From NCBI GenBank assembly GCA_951406725.2, contig OX597823.1, positions 49,166,001 through 49,230,000 on the forward strand: a stretch of 64,000 nt of DNA. The letters run 5' to 3'. Positions 25,461 to 39,025 of this stretch are shown here, piece after piece. Source of the stretch: Octopus vulgaris. Lineage: Eukaryota. The notes beneath the pieces are model-generated. The model saw nothing but the letters and a program-made list of their open reading frames with translations, had not been told where the DNA came from and did not search any database. How positions within the stretch are numbered: the stretch's first letter is position 1; each line of letters begins with the position of its first letter. Both the position numbers and the translations under genes were made by a program.

Positions 25461-25683
25461 TATATATATGCACATATATATATATATATATATATGCACA
25501 TTAATGTCAGACAATGAAAATGAGTGCTCAACACCACATTGGTGAATGTAATTTCTTTATTTATGAATTAAGGCTACCATTGGTTTCATGTTAAGAAAAG
25601 TAGGAAAATATCCTAGTGTCTTAACAATTTTTCAACCCAATCACATGGAGAAAGGTGTTTGCCTCCATTTTGGAAAACACAGC

Positions 25684-25756
<73 letters not shown>

Positions 25757-25799
25757 AATACATATATAATATATATATATATAATATATAAATATATAT

Positions 25800-26065
25800 A
25801 TCATTGTTATCATCATTTAATGTCCATTGTCCATGCTAGCATGGGTTAGACGGTTTGATCAGTGCTGGTAAGCTGGAAGGCTGCACCAGACTCCAGTTTG
25901 ATTTGACATGGTTTTCCATGACTGGATGTCCTTCCTAACGCTAACCACTCTGAGAGTGTAATGGGTGGTTTTATGTGCCACTGGCATGGGTACTATTTGC
26001 ATGACACCAGAATCTGCCATGACAGTGATTTTGCATGGCTTGATGGGTCTTCTTCTCAAGCACAA
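25800..26065 (-). mobile_element. RTE 3' tail
   Basis: catcatttaatgtccattgtccatgctagcatgggttagacgg...ttttatgtgccac. Confidence 0.8.
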
Positions 26066-26784
26066 TTGTTGGACAACCTGCATGTTTCCCTATCAATAGT
26101 TTGCCGTAAGCTCCAAGTAGTATCTCTCTCCCAGTCTGTAATTATTGCTGTTAATATCTATAAAAGGCCAACACAGTTTGTCTTTTATTGTGGTAAAACT
26201 TTTTGTTAAATGTTCATGGGTGTTGTTCAGTTACTTCTATACACAGCTCAAGAAACATTTTCTTACATCATCTCAACCAGTCACTACCATAAACTAATCA
26301 AAGTCCATCAGGCCATGACAGTGTAATTGGTATCACTCTTAAGATTAAGATTACAGACAACTTTAAAAAAATTAAAAAATATATCTTTGAGATATTACTT
26401 GCCATCAAAACACAGTTGCTGATGAAGTGACCACAGAATCCCTCCTGGGTTACTGAACCTGCTAGAAATAGCATCTAAATTTCCTCCAAGTCAAACCCTA
26501 CTGCTTTATAAACAGGAGATATTGGCCAATATAGTTCCTGTAAAAACTTAAACTTCTCCAAAGCAAGCTTTGCCTTTCATCCTTTTGGTGTTGATAAAAT
26601 AAGTACCAGTTGAGCATTGGTGGGCAATGTAATAAACTTAACTCATCCCTAGAAATTGTTGGCCTTGTAACAAAATTTGAAACAAATGTGGTTCCTATAA
26701 ATATAAATATACAGGGTGTTCATGGCTGAGAGATCTTCATTCATAGGTTTGTTCGATCAGGGTACTCATCGGGCTGAACAGGTA

Positions 26785-27040
26785 AAGTTAAAGTTACCTT
26801 CTCAAGACATGCTGATTCATAAGGGCTGGTTTCCCAGTTTCCATGACATAAATATTCCCCACCTGGATGGGACACAGCTCCATCACAGAATTACTCATTT
26901 TTATCTGCTAAGTGGATTGGAGTAACATGAAATGAAGTGTTTGACTCAAGAATACAATGTGTCGCCTAGTCCAGGAATCAAAACTAGAATCTTACGATCA
27001 TGAGTCCAACACCCTAACCACTAAGCCACGTGTCTCCGCA
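26785..27040 (-). mobile_element. SINE family C
   Basis: Head ..aaccctaaccactaagccacgtg and core; tail shared with 49850-49955. Confidence 0.8.
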
Positions 27041-27587
27041 TGGGGCTAAATAGTGACAAACAACAATATCAGTTATTGAGAAATGTAGTTCTAAATCCAG
27101 ATGAATGGTTCATAATATACCACCAAGGATTTCATGTATGTACAGTAAACTTTGACATTCTTAACATTTGTTGCAAGGCCAAACGTTCAGTGTTGGCAAG
27201 CATGTTTGTAAGTATCATCTCATACATTCCTTTAAAATAAGTTCGATCCTGTAGCAAGACCATTTTCTATTATTGCATATTGAAAACATTTAAATTGACT
27301 TATCACATTAATCTGTAGTGATTGGTTAACATACCTATCGTATGAGTTGTTGGACATTTGTTGAGTCCTGTGTTGTGATTGGTTGAGGGTTGTGCAGGAA
27401 TTGGATCAAAGGTCCAATTATGTTGCATGTAATATATTTCAAACAACTAATCCTGTATGTGATCTAGAGCTTCCTTTTTACCATAAATTGGTGTGACACC
27501 TTATTTATAAGTCAGAGGAGTAAAACTTTTTTTTCAAGGCAAGTAATGCAGATCCTGCCATTTTCAGAGGAAGATTATTATATAACA

Positions 27588-28100
27588 CTAGCAGTATCGC
27601 CTGGCGTTGCTCGGGTTTGTAAGGGAAATAACTATATAAGCATTTTTAGAGAGTTACTTCCCTTATAGATGCCAATTTGGGCTTTCTTAGCCATTTCTGT
27701 TTTGGTGTCTTCAAGCCATGAAGTCGTTGTTCTAAAACAACGCTGGTCTCCTTGACAACGCTTTACGACGTTGATTTCCTTACACTCCCTTCCCCACAGC
27801 TTCACGAGGGAGGGAAGAAGGGGGAGAAGCAAACAGGTGCAGGTGTGACCATGGACGCCAACTCCGCCGCCATCGACACACGAAAAATTATGCATTAAAA
27901 TGGAATAAAAAATGATGTTAAATTATTTTTAAAATCGTAGACTCATCGTAGACATGCGCTAATACTCAGACGGGCTCGATATGAATCACAACTATAAGAT
28001 ACCCGAATTTGGTTAAACTGCACCGCAAAATGTGGGAGTAGTTAGGAATCTAAATCGTAGGGGACAGACACTCACACAACTACAGTTTTATATATATAGA
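27588..28100 (-). mobile_element. Non-autonomous Helitron
   Basis: A|TC...cccgagcaacgccaggcgatactgCTAG|T on the minus strand. Confidence 0.85.
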
Positions 28101-28270
28101 TAGTCCATATAACCAATGTCAACCCAGGCTGAATTATCAAAACGATGGATGAACAACAACCAACAGTATTAGTAATATTTCTTGCTTGATACAACTTTAC
28201 AAATTAAAAAAGTCCTGCTGTTATTTTAAAGATGGCTTCTTTTGTTACTTCTATGAATGAACATGTAAAA

Positions 28271-28655
28271 TCTTTATATATAAAAGAGAGGTTGTGTGCT
28301 GTCTGTCTCCTACGATTTAGATTCCTAACTACTCCCACATTTTGCGGTGCAGTTTAACTAAAACCGGGTATCTTATAGTTGTGATTCATATCGAGCCCTT
28401 CTGGGTATTAGCGCGTGTCTATGATGAGTCTACGATTTAAAAAAAAAAAAACCATCAATTTTTCCCATTTTTTAATGCATTTTTGGCATAACTCTCTAAA
28501 AATTTATTATTAAATCTCAGAACGTAAAAAGCTACAGTAACACCCCCACCTTTGTGTTTAGCCATATTGAGATGACTATTATACTTTACATCTCTAAAAA
28601 TGCTTATATAGTTATTTCCCTTACAAACCCAAGCAACGCCGGGCGATACTGCTAG
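28271..28655 (+). mobile_element. Non-autonomous Helitron
   Basis: a|TCtttatata...cccaagcaacgccgggcgatactgCTAG|t. Confidence 0.85.
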
Positions 28656-29240
28656 TATATTATACAATGATATACATGATTCTTTAACCAAACCAAGGGA
28701 GACTTTAAACCAACAGTAGAACAACTAATACCACATTGAACCAGCAAGTTTCTATTTATCTCAACTTCAACTATGAGAAGATTGGGATTGGGTTAATAAT
28801 ATTCTGTAGACTATAAAATACACATGTTAATTAGTTAATTTAGATGTTATATAAGAAAGTGTGGATCAACTTTTCACCAATTCTTTATATGACCAGCTTT
28901 TGCAGACAGTCATGTTGCAGCAGAGCCAGTCATTGAAATGTTGCATTCTTCATTCATTGAAGTTTTCTCACTTCTCTACATGACTAAATTTTCTGTCACG
29001 TTACAAAAGGGTTAGTTAGTCATTTGCATATTACATTCTACATTTCTACTCAGTTTTCAGTGTTTAAAACTGTTGTTACAAGTCTGTTATAAATACAGAC
29101 TATAGCATCATGTGTGGCTAACCACAGAGCATTAATTAACTTTCTTTGACAGATGTCACATCACCACTTTTTTTCCAGGGACCATCAAGCTGTAAATGCC
29201 TCGTTTTTATTGGAAGAACAACATGAGATATTCTAGAAAC

Positions 29241-29307
<67 letters not shown>

Positions 29308-29336
29308 AATCCATCCATCCATCCATCCATCCATCC

Positions 29337-29396
<60 letters not shown>

Positions 29397-29401
29397 GTCT
29401 G

Positions 29402-29434
<33 letters not shown>

Positions 29435-29439
29435 TTATT

Positions 29440-29489
<50 letters not shown>

Positions 29490-29510
29490 ATCACCACCAC
29501 CACCACCACA

Positions 29511-29544
<34 letters not shown>

Positions 29545-29580
29545 TCATCATGGTGGTGGTGGTGGTGACAATGGTGATGG

Positions 29581-29611
<31 letters not shown>

Positions 29612-29702
29612 AATGATGATGACGATGACGATGATGATGGCAATGATGGTGATGAGGATGATGACGACGACAATGATGATGATCATGATGATAATCATGA
29701 TG
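29241..29702 (+). repeat. (TCTA)/(TCCA)n followed by (CAC)(CAT)|(GGT)(GAT)n microsatellites
   Basis: Direct inspection; explains ORF 29196-29873. Confidence 0.95.
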
Positions 29703-30118
29703 GCTGTTTTGTCAGGAATTAAGCACCATAGTCAATTACATACAACAGTGAGATCACTTTGGACACAGTTGCCATGCTTTAGCCCATATTGTTTTGTGAT
29801 GTCATTACTTTATTGTCTGGTCAATACAACAATAAATGCTATTTTTGTTAAGGTCCCTCTTCTAGCTAATTAAAAACTACCAAATGTGATATTGGTTTGA
29901 AATAATCGCACTTAATCCCATGCTTTTATTTCTGAAATTCTATTAAAGTGAAAGAGATGAGAATAATGACAAGGATAATGAGGACAATGAGAATGATGAT
30001 GTTGATGATGGTGATAAAGACAGTGACTGCAGTGGTGAGGGTATCAACAACAACAACAACAAAGGTGATGGCAATAACAGCAATGACAACAACAATAACT
30101 CTAGGGATGAAATGTATT

Positions 30119-30250
30119 GATTTCGAATTTTGGCACAAGGCCAGCAATTTTGGTGGGAGGGGTCAACTCGATTAGATTGTCCCCAGTGCTCAACTGGTAC
30201 TTATTTTATTGACTCCGAAAGGATGAAAGGTGAAGTCTATCTCAGCAGAA
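30119..30250 (-). mobile_element. SINE family B, 3' part
   Basis: ggcacaaggccagcaattt...ctggtacttattttattgactccgaaaggatgaaagg. Confidence 0.75.
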
Positions 30251-33189
30251 TAAACAGAACTAATATTAAAGAGTGCTAGCCATGACTGTTTCCTTCATAC
30301 TTTTGGTGAAAATATGTATTCAGAAAAATTGTGTAATATATCCTTTGTTTACCAAGAAAGTAAGGTGTTATTTGAGTGAGATTTGACAACTATTTCCAGC
30401 GTGCTATGTGACTGCATAAAGACTCCCTTCTATATTAAGGCCAAAAATATTATCTTTACTAATGAAAACAATAAAGCTTATTTTACAAAACAAGCTGGCT
30501 TCATCATACCAAATGTAATTTATTGGTTCTGTTAAGGAATAGTGTTGATAATACATTCAATTAAGAATTTTTAAGTAATTAACATTTTTTGCTGGAAACC
30601 AGTACAGCTGAGCACAGATCTTTTCTTCCTAGACTAAGCAATATAATCTGTGCAAGAGAAACATTTGAATCAATTTTCATAACAGCAGGTAGATGTGAAA
30701 TTTCACTTTATTTACAAGTCAACAAACCCATCAACCACACGTAGTAGAAAAATATAATCTCCACTAAAAGATTGGAAACATACCCAACTTGCTACGGATG
30801 TTTGTTTTCAAAGAAAATAATAATTAACATAAAGATGAAAATATGACCTTTATTTCCAGCAGGGCTATAATTTCTAATTAGAATATTACTGTATGTCAAT
30901 GGCCTCTCACATCCTGTTAATTTATTTTCCACCAAATATATCCTCACTGCTACAAGGATGTTTCTCCTGCTGTTTAAGCATATCTACATAGTACTATCCT
31001 ATCCTGTAGCAAAAATAATTCTGATAATACAACTACTTCAATCATATATTTTCACCCAGATTAAAACCATCATGGATATTCATGTTAAACTATCAACAAT
31101 ACTACCTACAAAAGCAACATTATCATTTTTGCTGTTAATATTGTTGTTTATGTCATTTGAGGAATAACTAAAAACATCCATCAGAAAACTTGTCTAATAA
31201 AACAAATCAAAGACACATGATGAAAAGTGCTTTATAAAAATTAATTTTAGTATGAAGAGATTTAATAAAAGCATTTTCTACAGAAGAATAATTATGGGCA
31301 TAGTCAAAGAGATGAGAAATATTCCAAAAATATTTTTTCAAGTTTGAATTAATGAAAATTTTCTATAAGTTTCTATATAGTCCATCCTTTCTATATATTA
31401 ATCATATAAAACCTGTTTGTCAGTGTTAAATTGATTAGTTCTAATATTGCAAAGAAAGCAAGCAAGCACTGAAAAACCTTCATGCAATTTCTCATAGTTT
31501 TCAAAGCAACAGAAAATGGCAATTTCTTTTGCTTGTCTTTTGCTTTTCTTTTTTTTAACATTATATTGACTTTTCTGAAGTCAACTAAATATGGTATTGA
31601 TAAAAGAACATCTTTTCAAAGACATGCAAAAATCTTTTTCCTTTAAATTTCTCCTGTTCAAAGAGAAAGGTAATGATAAGGAAAAACTTTTTTTTTTATT
31701 TGTACTTTTGGTGGTGCAAAGGATTTTATGAATGAGGTTCATAGACAATTGCAAATATTGGTTCCCTAAACACAGCAAAGTAAGGGGGTTTGTAAAAGAT
31801 TAATAATAAAACTATATTTTCTTTCAAGTTTTACTTATTTTTTATGAATTCTATAAATATTTGAAATTCTCTTTTGAGATTTCATTCGTTGCTTGAATGG
31901 TTATTATTAACTGCTGTATTTAGAGAAATCTTAAATTTTTTGGATTATGCCAAGACAAATATTACTACCACTTTAAGAGATTTTTCTTTAGACAAATAAT
32001 TAAACCTAACCACTTTTTTTTCCATTTAATTAATACAAATATTGTGCTTTCTGTCATTTTAACTTTACTGACTCAAATATTAACTTTGAATAACACAATT
32101 TAATTCTTGGGCTGCAAAGTAAATATATTTTTGATAAACCACAGACAGAAGTAATATTTAAAAGAATCTTAACAAATTGAAGAATGCTACTTTTAACTGT
32201 GCTATCTTAAGGACAAATTATATAGAGTATTGTATGCAGCACACATTTCATTGAAGAATTCATCAAAGAAAGTTGTCTCAACAATTATAAAATGGAAAAC
32301 AAATGGTTTCTTCACCAGACTGAATATTGACATGGCTAAATTGTGAGGAATTTTATTTTGCAACTACATCATTCCAGACAGGATTTCATTATGTGGCACA
32401 CTGGCCAAGTAAGTGTCTTCTAGCATAGCTTTGGGTCAAACAGTGTCTCATGAATAGAATTTGGTCGAAGGAATTTGCATATATGTGGTGTGTGTATGGG
32501 AGGGGCATATATGTGGTGTGTGTGTGTGTTTGTGTGAGTGTATATGTGTGTGCATTTATATTTTATAATATACATGTAGGAAGGACTGAGATGATTGGTG
32601 TTTTGCTGTTCTCCAAAAGACCACTCCATTACAGCAAAAATGATTTCCTAAAACCAGTCATGCTTGTATGCCTGCGGCCCTGTCTCCCCTCCTCTTTCTC
32701 CTCTTTCTGACACATCATATATTCCACCACCACTATCACACATTTGTCCATAGTCTATGGTACTACCCTATGCTATGCAGCTGTTGTACCTATCTGAAAG
32801 CAATGTGCACCCATATTACATCCCCTCTCAAAAGATCTCTTTCACCCCTTGTAACCGTTTCCATTCCTCATCATCCCTGTCTACACAAATTTCAGCCAAT
32901 CATCTCCTTTCTATGGCTTCAGCCACTACTCTTTCACCCTCCTGTTATACTCCATTCTAAACACCCTCTCTTATCTATCATACTCAATGCCTTTTTATAT
33001 TTACCATCATGACCCACACCTACTTATAGCCCCTAATGTATCCCCATATCTCCCTCTCCACTGATTCTACTATTATGAAAGCATCATCCACCATGACTCA
33101 CTGTCTGTACCCTTTTTTATGCTCATCTTCTTGTTCCTTGAGAGTTTACCCTGATACAGGATCACTCATATCCAGTAAGTTCACCATCA

Positions 33190-33806
33190 ATTCATCATCA
33201 TCATCATCATCATCATCGTTTAGCGTCCGTTTTCCATGCTAGCATGGGTTGGACGGTTCTACTGGGGTCTGTGAAGCCAGAAGGCTTCATCAGGCCCAGT
33301 CAGATCTGGCAGTGTTTCTACGGCTGGATGCCCTTCCTAACGCCAACCACTCCGTGAGTGTAGTGGGTGCTTTTTACGTGCCACCCGCACAGGTGCCAGA
33401 CAGAGCTGGCAAACGGCCACAAATGGATGGTGCTTTTTATGTGCCACTAGCACGGGGGCCAGGCAAGGCTGGCAATGGACACGAACGGATAGTGCTTTTT
33501 ACGTGCCACCGGCACGAGGCCAGTCGGGGCGGCACTGGCAACAGTCGTGAAACGGAAGGTTCTCTTACATGCCACCGGCATTGGTAACACATCTGCAATT
33601 TCCATTGATCGATTTCGATTCTGATCCTCACTTGCCTCAACAGGTCTTCGCAAGTAGAGTTTTGTGTCCCAAGAAGGGAAGGTATGCATACGTAGGCTGG
33701 CTCCATCCCATGTAGAGGGCCACGGGTTATGGACTCACTTGTCCTGCCGGGTCTTCTCACGCACAGCACACTTCCAGAGGTCTCGGTCTCTAGTCATTTC
33801 CTGCAG
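33190..33806 (-). mobile_element. Young 5'-truncated RTE LINE (ORF end + full 3'UTR)
   Basis: Minus strand EMTRDRDLWKCAVREKTRQDK*, then 3'UTR and (GAT)n tail. TSD gtaa(g/a)ttcaccatca at 33175-33189 and 33807-33821; CpGs retained. Confidence 0.9.
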
Positions 33807-34377
33807 GTAAATTCACCATCATCTATTCAAACATGATTTTGAATAATGTAAATTTGAATTTTGTGTTGATTTATGTTGTAAAGAAGTGTGAATTAAAATT
33901 TAAGCTTATTTTTCTTCATATTTAGTACATACTGTGTTTTAACCCAAAAGATAACATCTCTGATTGCACGTTTTCCTCTCCATTACTTTCGTATTTTCTC
34001 AATAAAATAGTTTCTAATTATTAATGGGAAGATACAATGGATATATTTTCTCAGTAAATTTTCCTCACAGTGAACTTGCATCATGATAAAGAAAATTCCC
34101 CATGAATTGATAGCAGTGAACTCTCCTGCAATGAATTGATAGCAGTGAACTAACCTGTAACTCTGATCACTACCTTCCTCTTATATCCTGCAGTCATGTA
34201 TCTCCTTCATACAAGACACCTGGTCTTGACCTTCTATTTTACTTTAGCCTTTCAACACATTGCATCTAGCCATCTACTTTCACTTTCTCCTCGCAAATAC
34301 TTCCTCTTAAGAGTGGGAACTTTTTCTATTTTCTTTTCCTCTGTTGTTTTCTGTGTTGCAAATTACATGTCAACCTC

Positions 34378-35150
34378 ATTATGCCAGTGGCACAAAAAAA
34401 TGCACCCAGTATACTCTGTGAAGTGGTTGGCATTAAAGAAGGGCATCCAACTGTAGAAACCAAGCCAATGCTGACACTGGAACTTAATACAGCACTGCAG
34501 TGTGTCACGTCCCTATCAAGCCATCTTATCTATGCTAGTATGGAAGGCAAATGTTAAATGATGATAATGATGATGATGTAGGAAGGGTACCCAACAATAG
34601 AAACATACCATAACAGACATTGGAGCATGAAGTTGTTTTCCAAAATTTTCAGGTCCTATCAAACCATCCAACTTATGGAGAGCAGATATTAATTCATCAT
34701 CATCATCAACAATACTTAACGTCCGTTTTCTATGCTGACACAAGTTGGACAGCTTGACAGGAACTGGCAAGGTCAAGGGCTGAAACAAATTTCCCAGTCT
34801 GTTTTGACTTGGTTTCTATGGCTAGATCCCCTTCTTAATGCCAACCACTTAACAAAGTATACTGGGTACTTTGTTATGTGGTACCATCACCAATGCTTTT
34901 TATGTGGCACCTTTGCCAATGCTTTTTATGTGGCACCATCACCAGTGCTTTTTATGTGACACCAGCACCCGCATTAATGCTTTTTACATGGCACATTGGT
35001 TTTAGGATCCCAGTTCCTTGATGGTGAACAGATCTTCTTAAGTACAGCAATGCACCACATATCTCAGTCTTCTGTCACCTCCTTCATAAGGTTCAGCATT
35101 TTGCAATTGGCCTTCAATACTTCATCCCATGTCTTCTTGGGTCACCCTGT
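34378..35150. mobile_element. Cluster of three RTE 3' tails (+,+,-)
   Basis: Tails at about 34378-34578 (+), 34579-34693 (+) and 34694-35150 (-). Confidence 0.7.
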
Positions 35151-35627
35151 GTTTTGCTGTTCTCAGAACTTTGGAATATTACATAAAATCAGGAAACTGA
35201 AATGTTTAAGTAAAGCTGAAAATAACAATGAAGAATGACTTATTCTTAATTTTTACTCCAATATACTTAAATCAAATGGTCAGTCATTGAAATATTGAGA
35301 CCTAGAGATAATCTTAATTTTAAAGAATTCTGTTCCAAAGAAAAAGTATACTAAAATGGAAATTTTCCTTAAGTTAGCTCATTTGCTTGCAACTAATACA
35401 ATGCCATACCAATTTATAGTTAATATAAAACAATAGTCAGTGAGATAATTAAATTGATCACCTCTTTCTAATTTCATTGTTTTTTGTTATCTGATTTGAA
35501 TATAATTTGAACATAATTTTCTTTCTCGCTGTCCAAAATTATTTACTCAAATGGCTGTGCAAAAAATTATAAGAAATTTGCAACTAAAAAGACTTTAACT
35601 CAATTTGTTCATTGTTTATCTTTGTAA

Positions 35628-35845
35628 TCTTTCTACTTGTTTCAGTCATTAGACTGTGGCCATGCTGGGGCACTACCTTGAATTTTTAGTTGAATGAATT
35701 GACCCCAGTTCTTACTTTTTTTTATGCCTGATACTTATTCTATTGGATGCTTTTACCAAACTGCTACGTTACTGGGATGTAAACACACCAACACAGGTTG
35801 TCAAGTGGTGGTGGGTAACAAACGCAGACACAAAGACGAAAACAC
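35628..35845 (-). mobile_element. SINE family A, 3' half
   Basis: acttgtttcagtcattagactgtggccatgctggggcac... Confidence 0.75.
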
Positions 35846-35870
35846 ACATACATATATATACATATACATA

Positions 35871-36235
35871 CAGTATCTCACGGAATTATGTACACCCCTA
35901 AAAGATTTCAGTAAAATTGCCATTTCTTTGATAATATTGAAGGAAATCAAACGAAGTTTATACTGAATAAAATATGTTATACATGCAAACATTATACAAA
36001 TTTGAAACGCAAAACAATAAACATTTTCGAAGATATAAATGAAATATTAATTTTCAAATGATACGAAAATATGTACACCCTAAAGGATTATTTACTATAT
36101 TCAAAATTTGGTGTGACCACCCTTGCTTTCAATGATTGCATTAAGTCTTCTGAGCATAGAGTCAACTAAACTTCCAGATATAACTGATGAAATTGGCCTC
36201 CATTCATCCTGGATGATGTCTTTCAACTTTTTAAA
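35871..36235 (-). mobile_element. Tc1 transposon 3' end
   Basis: TA|cagtatctcacggaattatgtacacccct TIR with inner direct repeat tatgtacaccc (about 36070); minus strand LKDIIQDEWRPISSVISGSLVDSMLRRLNAIIESKGGHTKF*. Confidence 0.85.
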
Positions 36236-37245
36236 CGGTCCCAGAATCAGTGCTTTTTATTGGTCACCCACATGGATAACTTTTACATGATGTCAACGGC
36301 AGTAAAAAATAAAACAAGCTAAGAGTGGGCCTTGCAGTATAGCTACTACTATTTGTCTGGCAACAATTTAATTTGGACATGATTATATGAAGACATTTAA
36401 ATTTATTGCAGCCTTTATTAACTTTATTGCTGACAAAATCTTTGTGACACACATTCGTTTATTCACTCATAACATATCATGAAAACAGAAACATTCTTCT
36501 TACACATTCACTCAACTATAATAATTTGAAAGGGCAAATGTTTAAAACTAAATCTAACACCATGTGTTTAGTGTCTAAGAACCCTCTTTCAAAATGAAAT
36601 AGCAAAGAGTACATTGGTAGAAAAGTTATTTTCACATGGCTGCAGTCAAATGACTGAAACAAATAAAAGAGTAAAATAATAAAAGAGGTGATAATCAAAT
36701 GTCCCAGTGTGAAGGAGGGAAAGTAAATATATGCTCTTCACAGTTACACTTCAAGAGAGGCTTTTAGAATGAAATCGAGAGAGTTACAGATTTAGTTTTA
36801 CTTATTTACATTTTTATATTATTGTAGTTGAAGGACTGAGAGAATGTATACATATTTAAAGCATGTTTCAATTAAATAAAAATAAACATGTGAAGTGAAG
36901 GCTTAACACCAGCAGTTTTATGAAAATGTACTCTGAATTATTATTATTTGACTTCTGTTAATCTACCAAAACAAATAACCTGAAACAGAAGCCAAGAGTA
37001 AGAAGAAAATTGATGGCATATCTAGTTATAATCCTTTACATTCAAATTGCACCAAGGTTAGCTTTGTCTTTCTTCCATTCAGAATTTGATAAAATAAAGT
37101 GCTAGTCCAGTAATGAAGGATATTTAATGGACTGTACCCGGCCCCCAAATTTGTAACCTTATGCTATTGTTAGAAATCAATGCAATAGACATGGCATTTC
37201 TATAGAAAGTTCTCTGGAGTGAAAGCAGAGACAGTTTCAGCTCAT

Positions 37246-37671
37246 TTTACTCTCTTCTTACTCTTTTACTTGTTTCAGTCATTTGACTGTGGCCATGCTG
37301 GAGCACCGCCTTTATTCAAGCAAATCGACTCCAGGACTTATTCTTTGTAAGCCTAGTACTTATTCTATCAGTCTTTTTTTGCTGAACTGCTAAGTTACAG
37401 GGATGTAAACACACCAGCATCGGTTGTCAAGCAATGTTGGGGGGGGGGGGACAAACACAGACACACAAACATATACACACACATACATACATTTATATAC
37501 ATATATACGACGGGCTTCTTTCAGTTTCCATTTACCAAATCCACTCACAAGGCTTTGGTCGGCCCGAGGCTATAGTAGAAGACACTCACCCAAGGTGCCA
37601 AGCAGTGGGACTGAGCCCGGAACCATGTGGTTTATAAGCAAGCTACTTACCACACAGCCACTCCTATACCT
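37246..37671 (-). mobile_element. SINE family A, full length
   Basis: Near-consensus copy. Confidence 0.9.
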
Positions 37672-37854
37672 ATGTATTGTTTTTAAATAAGAAGTATGTG
37701 ATGTATGATTTTTTGGGGGTGTTTTTCTGTTATCTTTGTAGTGATCATGTCCTTAATACAGGATGCTTCTTTGAAGATCTTTGTTTTAATAGATAGTAAA
37801 TATCTCTTGGTCACATATAGATGAAACTAATACGCAGAAACAACAAGAAGGGTA

Positions 37855-38203
37855 CAGTACAAACAAGAAGATATTTTTTTGAACACAAAATTCTTTTGAA
37901 CAGCAGATATACTGGGTAAATTCTCCTTACAAGGTGGAAAAATTTGTCTACAAGCTAGTTTGCTTGTATATATACACACATGTTTTTCAGTAAGTTATTT
38001 AGCATCTAAATCGATGGATGAATTTGTCAATAGGCAGTTTAGCTTAATGGTAAAGCACTCAGCTGAAGTCTTGGGGAATGTGGATTTGAGCCCCATGGCT
38101 GTTTGTTGACAAATTTTTCTGCTTTGTAAGGGTAATTCACCCAGAATTTCTGCTCTTCTAATGACAATTCTGCATTCAAAAGAATATATTCTTGTTGGTA
38201 TCA
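37855..38203. mobile_element. Old fold-back MITE with about 100-bp imperfect TIRs
   Basis: 37860-37957 pairs with 38099-38198 (gcagatatactgggtaaattctccttacaa vs ttgtaagggtaattcacccagaatttctgc); TA flanks. Confidence 0.6.
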
Positions 38204-38562
38204 TACAAAACACATTTTGATACTTCTAATAAAAACAAATGTTAGTTTGTTTATATTTATACGCACGTGTTGCAAGAAGAGTGTATCAGCTTTATATGAG
38301 TACACATACTTATGGTTAAGTTGATGTTATTGATGTTTCAACCCCCAGTTAGTTCTAATCAAGCTGCCCTGTTATCACAGGCATTTTAACTGTGGCCAGG
38401 CCATACCATCCTTTATTCAGATATTCAGAGTGTATTTAGGATTACATTCTCCTTATATCATTTAAACCAGCCATATTCAGCACAAATATTCTATTTGTTT
38501 TAATACAAACTCACCAGATCTGGTCTCTCATCCTACCCTACAATGTCATTCTGAAAATCAAC

Positions 38563-38955
38563 AGGAGTGCCCTGTGGTAAGTAGCTTGCTTACCAACCAC
38601 ATGGTTCCGGGTTCAGTCCCACTGTGTGGCACCTTGGGCAAGTGTCTTTTACTATAGCCTCAGGCCGACCAAAGCCTTGTGAGTGGATTTGGTAGACGGA
38701 AACTGAAAGAAGCCCATTGTATATATGTATATGTATATATATGTGTGTGCGTTTGTCCCCCCCCCCCCAACATTGCTTGACAACCGATGCAGGTGTATTT
38801 ACGTCCCTGTAACTTAGCAGTTCGCCAAAAGAAACCAATAGACTAAGTACTAGGCTTACAAAGAATAAGTCCTGGATCAATTTACTAGACTAAAGGTAGT
38901 GCTTCAGCATGGCCACAGTCAAATGACTGAAACAAGTAAAAGAGTAAAAGAGTAA
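38563..38955 (+). mobile_element. SINE family A, full length
   Basis: Near-consensus copy, nested in a piggyBac-type MITE. Confidence 0.9.
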
Positions 38956-39025
38956 TCACTTCATCAAAATCTCAAAGTTACAAGATAATGTTTGGCTAAT
39001 TCAAAACAATGTGAATAAATAAGTA

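Noticed and set aside
26418-26462. ctgatga..gtgacc/ggttac..gaac hammerhead-like string
   Set aside because: No GAAA and no stem I or III; the downstream part is an interspersed repeat also seen near 52080-52150.
29196-29873. 225-aa ORF, and similar YI/HT/VC/LSIY-rich ORFs across the window
   Set aside because: These are translations of microsatellites.
33367-33580. Regularly spaced repeats resembling a CRISPR array
   Set aside because: The spacers are related to each other and lie in an RTE 3'UTR; the context is eukaryotic with no cas genes.
34101-34151. Tandem atgaattgatagcagtgaact duplication
   Set aside because: Two-copy local repeat with no further structure.
37995-38213. 72-aa minus-strand ORF with an upstream acceptor
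   Set aside because: It lies within the arm of a fold-back MITE.
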